DNA of 64,000 bases from Octopus sinensis (Eukaryota), in NCBI RefSeq assembly GCF_006345805.1, contig NC_042998.1, forward strand, positions 188,046,001-188,110,000, in the 5' to 3' direction. The translations under genes were made by a program, and so were the position numbers. This document shows, piece after piece, positions 51,862 to 64,000 of the stretch. Position 1 is the stretch's first letter, and every line of letters starts with the position of its first letter. The notes beneath the pieces were generated by a model, which had not been told where the DNA came from, did not search any database, and saw nothing but the letters and a program-made list of their open reading frames with translations.

Positions 51862-54535
51862 TTAACCCACAAATAATGAATACTTATCCACCAATGCAGT
51901 TTTGAGCCCTCATTCTTTTTGTTCGATATATTTGCACGCCCCCCCATTAAAAAGTACGTCTGTTTCACTTTAATTTTTTTAGCACGTTTTCCGATATTTT
52001 CGTACAAATGTGACGTTTGTCTGGAACAGTAAAGTTCCCAAGTACATCATCAACATTTCCGGACTTTTATTGTTCCATCAACAAGATGAAGTGTTACTGA
52101 TGTGTTGCTGCCGATTTATAGTAGGCAATGTTCCCATGATTTATGTAGGCATTATTACTACCGGAATTCGAACTGTGAGAAGTAGATTTGTACGTTATCA
52201 ATTAGGTATTTACTTTTATTTGTGACTAGTCAATGCTATCAGTGTGTTTTGTATTGTGTTATGAGTATTGCTTCCATCAATAATCACCTGTCTTCTAAGG
52301 AATTCTATAAAGTATAGATATATTGCCCACTAATGAATTGCTATCTAGTTTTGCTTTGTGTTATGATATATTGTACATTGCAATTACTCATTTTTAAGTA
52401 TACAGTGAATTGAAGGGAGACTGCTCTACTTGCATTACCGATATAACAGTCAGACTCAAGAGGAATTTACAAACTACACTGATCATTAGTAACTTGTTCG
52501 TGAATTATGTATGTGGTTTTGTTATTAATACAATTTTAAATTTTAGTGTCGGTGTATATTATCAATGTTATTTCATGGTTTAGTGTAACACCTTCTGTGT
52601 TTTGTTTATGGGGTGTTTGATAATGTGTTTATGTATTCTATAGTTTGTGTGAATTTGATTCATATAATGCATTTTATGCGTGGTTTGTGCATGTTTGATA
52701 GGTATACTGTCTCTTGTATCACGCTTATATTTCTTATGGTACTTTAGTCAAAACTTTTCAAAAAGATCTTTACTAACTTTGAAGAATCTGTTTATTCTCT
52801 ATTACTCACTAAACATGGCATTCTCTAAGTATATCAAGTCACCTCGTTTGATGTCCACTATGCTTCTAATACAACATTAGGAACATGTAACAAAACTTCT
52901 TTCCAGACACTCAAATACACTACTACATATGCCGTCACATAAACTCACCACAAAGAAAATGGCTCCCATCACTCCAAGTCGCGCCCCATCCAGCGTCTGT
53001 CTCAATCTCTAAGCTTTTCAATTTTTCATTTTCTACATTCAACTGATGGAAACAGGTAGTGGTGTCACATTCCAATGAATAGCACTGGTTCTATCTATCA
53101 CCATCCTATCACTCTCATTCCATACATCTCAAAAGTGATGTAGATAGCAATACCACCTCAATTATATAGCGTGATTCCCACCCAAACCACATATAACCAG
53201 AACTATCGGTTTCCCGCTCTCCACGTGACTCATTACTGCAATGAAAAACTTCAGCGAAAGGAATTGTTTTTTATATTATATCAGCTATAACTTTTAGACT
53301 ATCTGTCCTGAGAAGCACTATGCTAAGCTGAATACCTGTGGGCAACTAGGGACTCTCTAAAAACACACAAATGCAGTCCACATTATGATGCTATTCACAT
53401 ATCTAGGGTCGTGTTACTACAAAGATACTGGACCGAAACTCACGAAAAAGGTCATTCGATGATTAACAAAGATTCACCAACATATGGCATCAGTTAGATA
53501 CTTTTCTCTCTAATACATCTATCACTATCGCAACAGCTTTTATCCTTCTAAACCAACAGAGCTGCGTACTATCTCTACTCAAGACCACTCGATCTCTCTT
53601 CCACATAAACTTGTATGTAAACCCAAAAACATTATACGGAACAGTTTTTTCGATATTTGTCCTCCAAAATTGCTCCCTTATCATACCTTTTTCCCACCAC
53701 TCAAACGTTAACGTGCAGAATTTGAAGTTGAACATCAATCGCATAGATATCAACAGTCAGAAGAAGAAAGAAGCAGGAGATGACGAGCGACTTCATTCGT
53801 TGAAAAAGCGCCGCCACTTCTCTGTTGACTAAAAAGAAAAAAAGAAAAGAAAAGAAAAGAAAAAGAAGTTTAACAATGAAGCAAGAATATCTTTGAGTCA
53901 TTCTAAATGCCTGTCTTTCTGTATGCCAAATCATTTCGGCTATATGTCAAGTTTTGTATCACGTTTACAGAGCTCTGATTACTTATATCCGTATCCGTGT
54001 ATATAAGGTATATAAGGTATTGATTTCGATATCGGTGGTGACGTATGATAGTGATAGACGTAGAGATATAGATAAAGAATCACAATAAACACTCGGGAAA
54101 GACCAGCCTATTTTCTATTTATTGCTCCCATCTCATTTACGAACACGCACACCTAACACACACACACACACATGCAATTTACAATTTCATCGGTATTAAA
54201 AATAATAATTTTTTATGAAACACCTAGTTTAGTATTCTCATTAATCTAACCTATCTACCACATGAAGGAACTTCTACGTAGTCGTCTGACCCTCTAGAAA
54301 TAACAGCTAAATATATCTTAAATTGCACTTTGCCATATTGAAAAGTGTCTGGCATTTGGATAATGTTGTCTTAGATATGCAATGTCCAACAGACAGCCAA
54401 TATACATATACATAAAAAACAGACACACACACAGACACAGACAGACAAACAGACAAAAAGACAAAAAGACAGACAAAAAGACAAAAAGACAGACAAAAAG
54501 ACAAAAAGACAGACAAAAAGACAAAAAGACAGACA

Positions 54536-54576
<41 letters not shown>

Positions 54577-54913
54577 GATATAATGAGGGATGTCAGTATT
54601 CCGTTGCTCGAGAAATAACAGTTTTATCTCCTTCAAATTTCACCTTACCGTCTTAAAAATGGAAAAACATACTGACCACACTATGACACATTATACTTGA
54701 ACATAAAACGTGTCGATCAGAACTTGAATGCCTTTGATTATAGGCCTGCTAATTAGGGCTGATCTGAAATTCAACAACTACATTTTCTCAGATAATCTTT
54801 CAACTGCGTAGATCTCAAAAGTATGTATGTATGTATGTATGTATGTATGTATGTATGTATGTATGTATGTATGTATGTATGTATGTATGTATGTATGTAT
54901 GTATGTATGTATG

Positions 54914-55304
54914 TGTTTTTCTTTGAGAGTTAAGTTCATCTGAAGAGTCAATCCAGTTGCAAACAAAGCAACAAGACTTTTTGAGATAAGAGAATTCTCG
55001 GTCTTTGTATCGGTGTGTTGGTTGAGCTATCGATGCAGGCAGCCAAGCGTGTGCGTCTGTTCACATAAAGAATCTCAGATGGAGAATCTTTGAAATGTTT
55101 TACAAATTTTCACTATTCCATCCATAGACTGGATTTGGAGAATATGTGTCAGTTTCTTTTGCTCTTTCTTCGTGAAACCGAGTATTTTAAAGTTTTTGTG
55201 TAAATCTGTAGATACGTAGTCTAATGTACCCATGATGATGATTACAAATAAAAATTTATAGTCAGGGTACAAAAGCTGAAAGTTCCGTTTTAATTCACCG
55301 TAAA
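54914..55304 (-). mobile_element. R4/Dong-clade element, 3' end, joined to (TATG)n at 54821-54913
   Basis: IYGELKRNFQLLYPDYKFLFVIIIMGTLDYV...GIVKICKTFQRFSI*, homologous to the C-terminus at 39793-40020. Confidence 0.8.
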
Positions 55305-55306
55305 TA

Positions 55307-56530
55307 CGAGATGGGCAAAATTAGAGAAAGTGTGGTGTAAAATTCAAAAAGTAAAGTCTGGCAATACTCCGACCGATGTAAACTAAGTTGACCTAACAGT
55401 GCGAAGATTTTTTATTGAACAGTAGTGAATTAACAACCATGGAAAGCCAACATAAAGTTGATGAAAGCCTCAGGAAGTGAGTGGTGACATTGAAAAAAGA
55501 AGGAATGGCAATTTCTGCTATCACCAGAGACATTAACAGATCAAAGAGTGTTGTTTCAAGAATACTCAAGATTTATGAAGAAATAAGCTCGTTTGTGTCA
55601 TTAGAAAAACGAGGGAGACCACGCAAAAGAAGTGTTTGACAAGACTGTGTGATTTAGAGGCAATCGTTAAGAGACCGTTTCGATACTGCTGCAGGAACTT
55701 CTTGCCAAATAAATCTTGATTATGGAATGGATGTGTCTCGGAAGACTGTGCCTTTTCGTTTGAAGGAAGTCGGACTCCATGCCCATTCCGCCGCCACTAA
55801 ACCAGTATGAAGAACCAAAAAGTGATGTTAGTCTTTGCCAATGAGCATATACTTTGGACGGACGACAACTGGTCACATGTGTTTTTCAGTGACGAAAGGA
55901 AGTTTAATTTGGTTGGCTTTGACAGTAGACAGTATGTGAGACATTGTAAAAGTGAAAGATTGTTTCCTAAATGCGTGAAGAAATCAATGACGTCAGGAGG
56001 TTGGATTTTAATGGTGTTGGGAATGATTTCTGCAGCAGGTTTTGGACCTTTGATCCGGATCCATGGTAATGTGAATGCAGCTATCGTTCTGCAGTATGTT
56101 GTGCCAGCTCAGAGTTCATTTACAACTCGTCAGCCAATCTTTATGCGGGATAATGTGCCATGTCACAGTGCTAAAATAGTTAAGGAGGTGTTTGAAGCTG
56201 AAAACATTACTGTGATGCGTTGGCCAGCTCAGAGCCCTGGCCTCAATCCCTTTGAAAACTTATGAAAGATACATGGTGATGAGATCAGAGTGCACCGACC
56301 TGCGAATGTTATGATTTTGTTGGGGGAAAACTTACAGAAGAATGGAATAAAATTACATCAGAGCAATGTGAGAAAATGATCAAATCCTGTGGACGGAGAT
56401 GTACTGAAGTCATTAGATATAAAGAAATGTATACATCTTATTAATATATTGATTTGGATTGTAAAAATTTCTGGCAAAATTTTGACTTTTTGAATTTTAC
56501 GTCATACGTTCTCTAATTTTGTCCATCATG
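55307..56530 (+). mobile_element. Full-length defective Tc1 (DD34E) transposon with TIRs and TA TSD
   Basis: TA at 55305-55306 and 56531-56532. TIRs C(GA/AT)GATGG(G/A)CAAAATTAGAGAA...TAAAATTCAAAAAGT. Transposase from ATG 55439 with stops: FSDE, MRDN, then E 34 residues later in SPGLNPFE. Confidence 0.92.
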
Positions 56531-57539
56531 TATTTTCAAATAAACATATTTTCTATTGTGATGGCTTGCTGCCAACCTAATGTGGCAGTCCCAGGAAAGG
56601 GAAGAATGCTACTGCTATTTAGCCCTAAGAAACACCGTTTCTAATTGGTTTCTAGTTGGCTATTAGCTACCGACATCAGACCATTATCGTTTACATTGAA
56701 GATGAAAAGAATATTGGTCAGCGCCTAAATGTTTTCTACTGGCCTTTATCTACTTATATACTGTCCACCCACTAGTTAAAATGTTTTCTATTGTTAATAA
56801 GTTAATAACCAATTCAGAAAAGTGTGAAAAGAAAGCATGTAATTCTAATATTGACCCCGAAAATTGTAAAAAATGCGAAAAATGCAACATTGTTGTGCAT
56901 GAAAATAACATAGGTTCTTCAACAATTAATGATATTTAGAAACAAAAGGCCAAGTTAATGTAATTTACGGCTGACTCGAGTCAAGTAAAGGTGGCGATGT
57001 GTGACAAACATTAAAATAAACAAATAAATAAAATAAAAAATTTCAGAGCCAGATGTAGTCTCATATAAGTGGCCCGGCCCAAAGGGATCCGAGGTTATAC
57101 TGATCTGAGTTAGGCCCATTCAGTAGTCTCTGGAAATGCTCGCGGAAACATGTGTGTTTAGTCGTCGGTTGTTTAGAAACTTTAAATTACGATATGGTGT
57201 TCGTAAACTTAACTTGTCCAACAAGACCAAATCAGTAGACATTGAAGCTGCTGAAATGTATTTACCTGATTATTTTTGATGATTTGGTTACAAATACACC
57301 GGCATGTCCGATAAACTTTCACTACCCAAATTTCAAGGGCTCCTGATTACTAGAACAGTCCTATATGTAGAAAGTGCTTTTTTTTGTTCGTGATTCGTGT
57401 CAACTATTCACTCTTTAAATTTTAAGGTCTAATGGATTATTTATTTCTTTATCTTCAGCACCTGTGGTGTATAAAACACAGAGTTACGTTCTCTCTCCGA
57501 GAATCCAAATTCAGTGATATTTCATCGAAACAGATTGGT

Positions 57540-58272
57540 ATACCTACCTACTTACCTACCTACCTACCTACCTACCTACCTACCTACCTACCTACCTACC
57601 TACCTACCTACCTACCTACCTACCTACCTACCTACCTACCTACCTACCTACCTACTTACCTACCTGCCTACCTACCTACCTATATACCTACCTACCTACC
57701 TACCTACCTACCTACCTACCTACCTACCTACCTACCTACCTACCTACCTACATACCTACCTACCTACCTACCTACCTACCTACCTATATACCTACCTACC
57801 TACCTATATACCTACCTACCTACCTACCTACCTACCTACCTACCTACCTACATACCTACATACCTACCTACCTACCTACCTACCTATATACCTACCTACC
57901 TACCTACCTACCTACCTACCTACCTAACTACCTGCCTAACTACCTACCTACCTACCTACCTACCTACCTATCTACCTACCTACCTACCTACCTACCTACC
58001 TACCTACCTATATACCTACCTACCTATATACCTACCTACCTACCTACCTACCTACCTACCTACCTACATACCTACCTACCTACCTACCTACCTACATATA
58101 TATACCTACCTACCTACCTACCTACCTACCTACTTACCTACCTACCTACCTACCTACCTACCTGCCTAACTACCTACCTACCTACCTACCTACCTACTTA
58201 CCTACCTACCTACCTACCTACCTACCTACCTTTATACCTACCTACTTACCTACCTACCTACCTACCTACCTA
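57540..58272. repeat. ~730-bp (TACC)n microsatellite
   Basis: Read directly from sequence. Confidence 0.97.
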
Positions 58273-59329
58273 CATAATGATTGCTCCATCTTCATAGATG
58301 ACTGCTATTTCGTGGTGCTTCCACGTTGTCAATGGCATTTCTGATTTGCTTTCCATGACCTCTCAGATGACTATTCTGTCCCGTCGCAGATCTGCATGGT
58401 TTGAAGCATAGCTGACAGATGAAAGTGGATTTTCATTTGATGGAATGACAAATGAGACCACCATAAAGAGATAAGTGTGTATTACTAGATTATAGTGTTG
58501 AGCATTTGTGCAACAACACAACTACCACTCCTCGAATCTCCGTGATTACTACCTAGTGAGAGACCGAAGTGAGATAACCAGTAATAACGTGAAATTGCTG
58601 ATTTCACATCAGAATGTCTCACTCCTAAAAGGATACTGTGACAACAGCTAAAGCTCCCTCACTCTCGTTGGTTTTACTGCATGCCCTGACCACCAACCAA
58701 GGGCATTTCTGCTTCCCCGCTCTGAAGTGAACTGTCATCTGAGGTGAACGTGTATGCTAGTTTAAGCCATTGCTGGGACCCTGACAAGTGCTACTATCCC
58801 GGGTGAGAGTAGACCTGGAAACAATAGTGGCTGAAGTTGGTTCCACACTTTACAAAACCCTGGAACTCCCGTTCCAATATCCGGCTAACGGGCACAATTT
58901 AAAGCCATAGTGGGACACACACACACACATGCATAATACATATATACGTACATTTGTATGTATGCGTGTGTATGTATGTGTGTGTGTGTGTGTGTGTATG
59001 TGAGTGTGAGTGGGTATTGAAAGTGAGTGAGTGAAGAAAAAAATAAGTTTATTCACTGATAGGAAAACCTCAGCGTGGTACCCTATATGTGGGCGTTCGA
59101 CCTGTTAAAATAGTATTCAAGTCTTTTTCAAATTTCGCCTACTCTCTCACGAAAAGAAAGACACTGAAATGCCTCTTGCTGATAAGTCTGCTCAATCAAG
59201 ACTGATCTGGAGTAAAATGACAGAAAAAAAAAAGAAAAATAAGGAAAAAAAAACAACAAACAAACGATATCTCGTCTTGCAATTCACGCACATACAGTGA
59301 CAAAAAATATGAAAAGAAATACGCAGATA

Positions 59330-59602
59330 CATACACGCACATACATAAATATGTTCACACATCCCCCTCCCACAGACACACACACATACACACATACACA
59401 CACACAGACACACACACACAGACACACAAACATACATATGTACATATATATATATACACACACACAGAGACACACACACACAGACACACAAACATACATA
59501 TGTACATATATATATATACACACACACAGAGACACACACACACAGACACACACACAGATACACAAACATACATATGTACATATATATACACACACAGACA
59601 CA

Positions 59603-59681
<79 letters not shown>

Positions 59682-59690
59682 GTTAATCCA
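59330..59690. repeat. CA-rich compound repeat with an internal ~62-bp higher-order block
   Basis: cacacaaacatacatatgtacatatatata(ta)cacacacacagagacac recurs about three times. Confidence 0.85.
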
Positions 59691-59769
59691 AACATGAAAA
59701 CACAACAACGCGAGGACGTGGAACAAATATAGTATCATTGGACGCTCAGGAAGGAAGGGAAGAAGGAGG

Positions 59770-59804
59770 GTTTAACGTTTCGAGCGGAGCTCTTCGTCGG
59801 AAAC
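59770..59804 (-). ncRNA. Minimal type I hammerhead-ribozyme-like motif
   Basis: Minus strand GTTT-CCGACGA-A-GAGC-TCC-GCTC-GAA-ACGT-T-AAAC. Helices I and II pair, helix III is the palindrome ACGT. U4C variant, extra A after A9. Confidence 0.55.
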
Positions 59805-59962
59805 ATAGTAGAAGGAAAGATCCAGAGAAGGGAAGACGGAGGGAAAAAAATCGCCAACGGTACACACGAGGTCACATTATATATATATATATATATATAT
59901 GTACATATGTATGTTTGTGTGTGTGTGTGTATGTGTGTCTGTGTGTACGTATATATATTTAT

Positions 59963-60114
59963 GTAGGCTGTGTGTTAAGAAGCTTGCTTCCCAACCACAT
60001 GGTTCCGTGTCCAGTTCCACCGTGGCACCTTGGGCGAGTGTCTTCTACTATAGCCTTAGACCGACCAAAGCCCTGCGAGTGGATTTGGTAGACGGAAACT
60101 GAAAGAAACCTGTC

Positions 60115-60209
<95 letters not shown>

Positions 60210-60441
60210 AGTGTGTGCGCGTGTGTGTGTGTGTGCGTGTTTATATTTGTGAGTGTGCTTGTCCTCCCACCATCGCTTGACAACCGATGTTGGTGTGTCT
60301 ACGTCCCCGTAACTTAACGGTTCGACAATAGAGCCCGATAGAATAAATGCTAGGCTTACGAAGAATAAGTTCTGGGGTCGATTTGCTCGACTAAAGGCGA
60401 TGCTCCAGTATGGCCGGAGTCAAATGAATGAAACAAGTAAA
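59963..60441 (+). mobile_element. SINE family A with expanded internal (TA)n(TG)n
   Basis: Aligns with 29858-30200. Confidence 0.88.
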
Positions 60442-60446
60442 GGTAC

Positions 60447-60483
<37 letters not shown>

Positions 60484-60654
60484 ATTATATATATCTCATA
60501 TATCTATATATACTCACATATTATATATATATATATATACGTATACACACACATATATAAAAAATATATATGCATATACATCTATGAACATACATAGGTA
60601 TATGCATGCATACATACGCATGAAACATATATACATACGTATATACACGTATAG

Positions 60655-60732
60655 TAAGGAGAGAGGAAAAGAGACAGATAGAAAGGAAGGGAGAGAGGGA
60701 TGGAAATAGAGCGAGAGAGAGAGAGAGAGAGG

Positions 60733-60795
<63 letters not shown>
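60655..60795. repeat. (GA)n polypurine tract
   Basis: Read directly from sequence. Confidence 0.95.
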
Positions 60796-61169
60796 CTGGA
60801 GTTGAGTATGAATGTATGCAGAAGTATGTGCTTGTAAAGAACAGATTATCGTTTTAGTAACACGATGTTACAGAGTTTATTAGACCTGTAAAAGAATGCC
60901 ACTGTGGTGGTGGTGGGGGGGGGGGAAATATCCAACGAAGCATGCTTGAAAGTTTGAAAACAGTATCAGTCGCAACTCGTTAGTTTGTTATACTGCCCGT
61001 AACCGAACGGTAGAAATAACTAGAGTTCGTTCTGCAGGGAGTTGAACTACAGTTTAACTACAGTGAAACCGAATGTACGTCTTTTGAATATATGCATGTC
61101 AAATTATTCACAATTAGTCAAACAATCAATCAATCAATCAATCAGTCAATTGATCCATTCATCCACCTT

Positions 61170-61561
61170 TTCTTTCTTTCTCTGTTTCTTCTTTTCTTTC
61201 TTTCTTTCGGTTTCTTTCTTTCTTTCTTTCTTTCCTTCCACCTTTCTTCTTTCTTTCTTCTTTCTTTCTTCTTTCTGTCTTTCTGTCTTTCTTTCTTTCT
61301 GCTTTTCTTTCTTTGTCTTTCTTTCTCTTTCTTCTGTCATTCTTTCTTTCTTCTTTCTTTCTTTCTTCTTTCCTTCTTCTTCTTTCTTCTTTCCTTCTTT
61401 CTTTCTTCTCTTTCTTTCTTCTTTCCACCTTTCTTTCTTTCTTTCTTCTTTCTCTCTTTCTTTCTTTATTTCTGTCTGTCTTCTTCTTTCTTTCTGTCTT
61501 TCTTTCATTCTTTCTTCTTTGTTTTTTCTTCTTTTTTTCTTTCTTTCTTTCTGTCTTTCTG

Positions 61562-61640
<79 letters not shown>
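61170..61640. repeat. ~470-bp (CTTT)n-type polypyrimidine tract
   Basis: Read directly from sequence. Confidence 0.96.
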
Positions 61641-61641
<1 letters not shown>

Positions 61642-62320
61642 TGTATCAAGCTGTTAACTCCCCCCCCCACTTATTTGAGGAGACATGTTTCTGTATATAT
61701 TTTGATTGCTGTACATATTTTGACTGCAAGTTATAGAATTGCAAAATTTCTTAGAAAACTAGATGAGCTGTGCTTATGAGACGGAGTCGACTTGAAGTAG
61801 AAGTCTCAGGACAGGATCAAGATAACTATCAAAAGTGCAGCCGAGTCTCAAGATTCAGAACTTCTCATGGTTCTGAATCAAATAATCTGTGATTACAAAA
61901 TTATTAACAGAGTTGAAGAGGAGTTGCTTTTACCTTTGCATTATCGAAGTACCAAATATACTGACAGTTTTAGTAAGACTCCAGCAAATATATATGAACA
62001 AATGAGTATTTCAAGTATCCAGACAGTTCCCTAATATTGATTGCTCCATAGCTGTAGCACACCATAAAATTACCCTACCTAAAAATATGCTGCATTTAAA
62101 GCACTGAACCAGTGGTTCCGAGCTTGTAACAAGAGTCTACCATATTTAGTCTGGGTTTTTCGAAGATCCTCTAATTACCAGAAACGCACACACACACACA
62201 CACACACACCACACTCACGCACACGCACACACACACATACACACACACACACACACGCGCGCGCACACGCACACGCGCACACGCACACACAGACACACAC
62301 ACGCACGGACACACATACGT

Positions 62321-62548
62321 TTCTTTACTACCCACAAGGGGCTAAACATAGAGGGGATAAACAAGGACAGACACACGGATTAAGTCGATTACATCGACCC
62401 CAGTGCGTAACTGGTACTTAATTTATCGACCCCGAAAGGATGAAAGGCAAAGTCGACCTCGGCTAAATTTGAACTCAGAACGTAGCGACGGGCGAAATAC
62501 CGCGAAGCACTTCGCCCGGCGTGCTAACGTCTCTGCCAGCTCGCCGCC
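62321..62548 (-). mobile_element. SINE family B, full length, ~16-bp TSD
   Basis: Reverse complement of the 49731 copy. GCACGGA(C/T)ACACATAC at 62303-62318 and 62550-62565. Confidence 0.9.
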
Positions 62549-62809
62549 TGCACGGATACACATACACACACACGCATGCACACAGAAAGAAATATACACA
62601 CGAACACAATCATATACACACATACAAGATATTTACATTAAACAAAAACAATCACAGAAATAACAATGCTTTAAACTAGCAAGGAAATTTCTATGTCGCC
62701 ACTCACCCTAGTAATGTGGTAGTTTCGTATCTCCTCAACCATATGCCTACGATTTTAATGGAAGAACTCTATACTTTGGTCCCAAATCCAAAGACAACAA
62801 GACTTATTT

Positions 62810-64000
62810 CGTGCCAACACACATACAAACCAAACACACACACACACGCCAACACGAACACACACGTCAACACACACACATGCCAACACACACACACACA
62901 CGTCAACACACACACATGCCAACACACACACACATACACACACGTCAACACACAGAGACACAGACCACACACACACACGCCAACACGAACACACACGTCA
63001 ACACACACACATGCCAACACACACACATTACACACACGTCAAAACACAGAGACACAGACCACACACACCACCCCCACACACACACGCCAACACGAACCAC
63101 AACACACACACATGCAACACACACACACAACAGGTCAACACCGCGAGCACAAACCACACACACACACGCCAACACACACACACGTCAACACACACACATG
63201 CCAACACACACACACACGTCAACACACGGAGACACAAACCACACACACACACGCCAACACGAACACACACGTCAACACACACACATGCCAACACACACAC
63301 ACAACAGGTCAACACACAGAGACAAAAACCACACACACACACGCCAACACACACACACGTCAACACACACACATGCCAACACACACACAACACAACACAC
63401 ACACACTCAAAAACACACCACATGCCAACACACACACACAACGTCAAAACACAGACACAAACCACACACACACACGCCAACACGAACACACACGTCAACA
63501 CACACACATGCCAACACACACACACACAGACGTCAACACACGGAGACACAAACCACACACACACGCCAACACGAACACACACGCCAACACACACACATGC
63601 CAACACACACACACACACACACACGTCAACACACAGAGACACAGACCACACACACACACGCCAACACGAACACACACGTCAACATACACACATGCAACAC
63701 ACACACACAGTCAAACACACAGAGACACAAACCACACACACACGCCAACACGAACACACGCCAACACACACACATGCCAACACACCACACACACAACGTC
63801 CAACACACGACACAACACAACCCACACACACACACGCCAACACGAACACACACGTCAACACACACACATGCCAACACACACACACACAGACGTCAACACA
63901 CAGAGACACAAACCACACACACACACGCCAACACGAACACACACGCCAACACACCACATGCCAACAAACACACACACAGACCAACACATGGAGACACAAA
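62810..64000. repeat. CA-derived higher-order satellite (~85-105-bp units), runs off the window
   Basis: Ordered motifs GCCAACACGAACAC, GTCAACAC, ATGCCAACAC and CAGAGACACA(G/A)ACC repeat about 10-12 times. Confidence 0.9.

Noticed and set aside
51900-52500. Minus-strand stretch with protein-like snippets (e.g. RQVIIDGSNTHN)
   Set aside because: Multiple stops and no family I can name with confidence. It would need a translated search.

Overview
AT-rich, microsatellite-dense animal genomic DNA. The SINE/LINE repertoire looks like Octopus (inference from repeat content, not a database match). The only host gene recognised is the 3' end of a P4-type ATPase (ATP8B-family phospholipid flippase) on the + strand: four coding exons at 2166-2389, 5617-5700, 7159-7404 and 8024-8572 (stop), with canonical splice sites and consistent phases. 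A diverged, out-of-order copy of its upstream GDGANDV exon lies in the following intron (3162/3177-3255). The rest is non-coding and filled with repeat remnants: three or four SINE families, CR1-group, RTE, R4/Dong and HERO-type non-LTR fragments, Tc1 and pogo/Tigger remnants, a non-autonomous Helitron, two MITE-like elements and many simple repeats. Most notable: (1) the misplaced exon copy, which has usable splice signals and would act as a poison exon or close a stop-free circle; (2) four minus-strand hammerhead-ribozyme-like motifs with palindromic helix III, three of them sharing a U.U pair at the base of helix II; (3) R4/Dong fragments joined to (CATA)n arrays, two of them at their 5'-truncated ends; (4) an apparent CpG-depletion boundary near 26-29 kb. 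All alignments were done by eye, and repeat boundaries are approximate unless stated otherwise.
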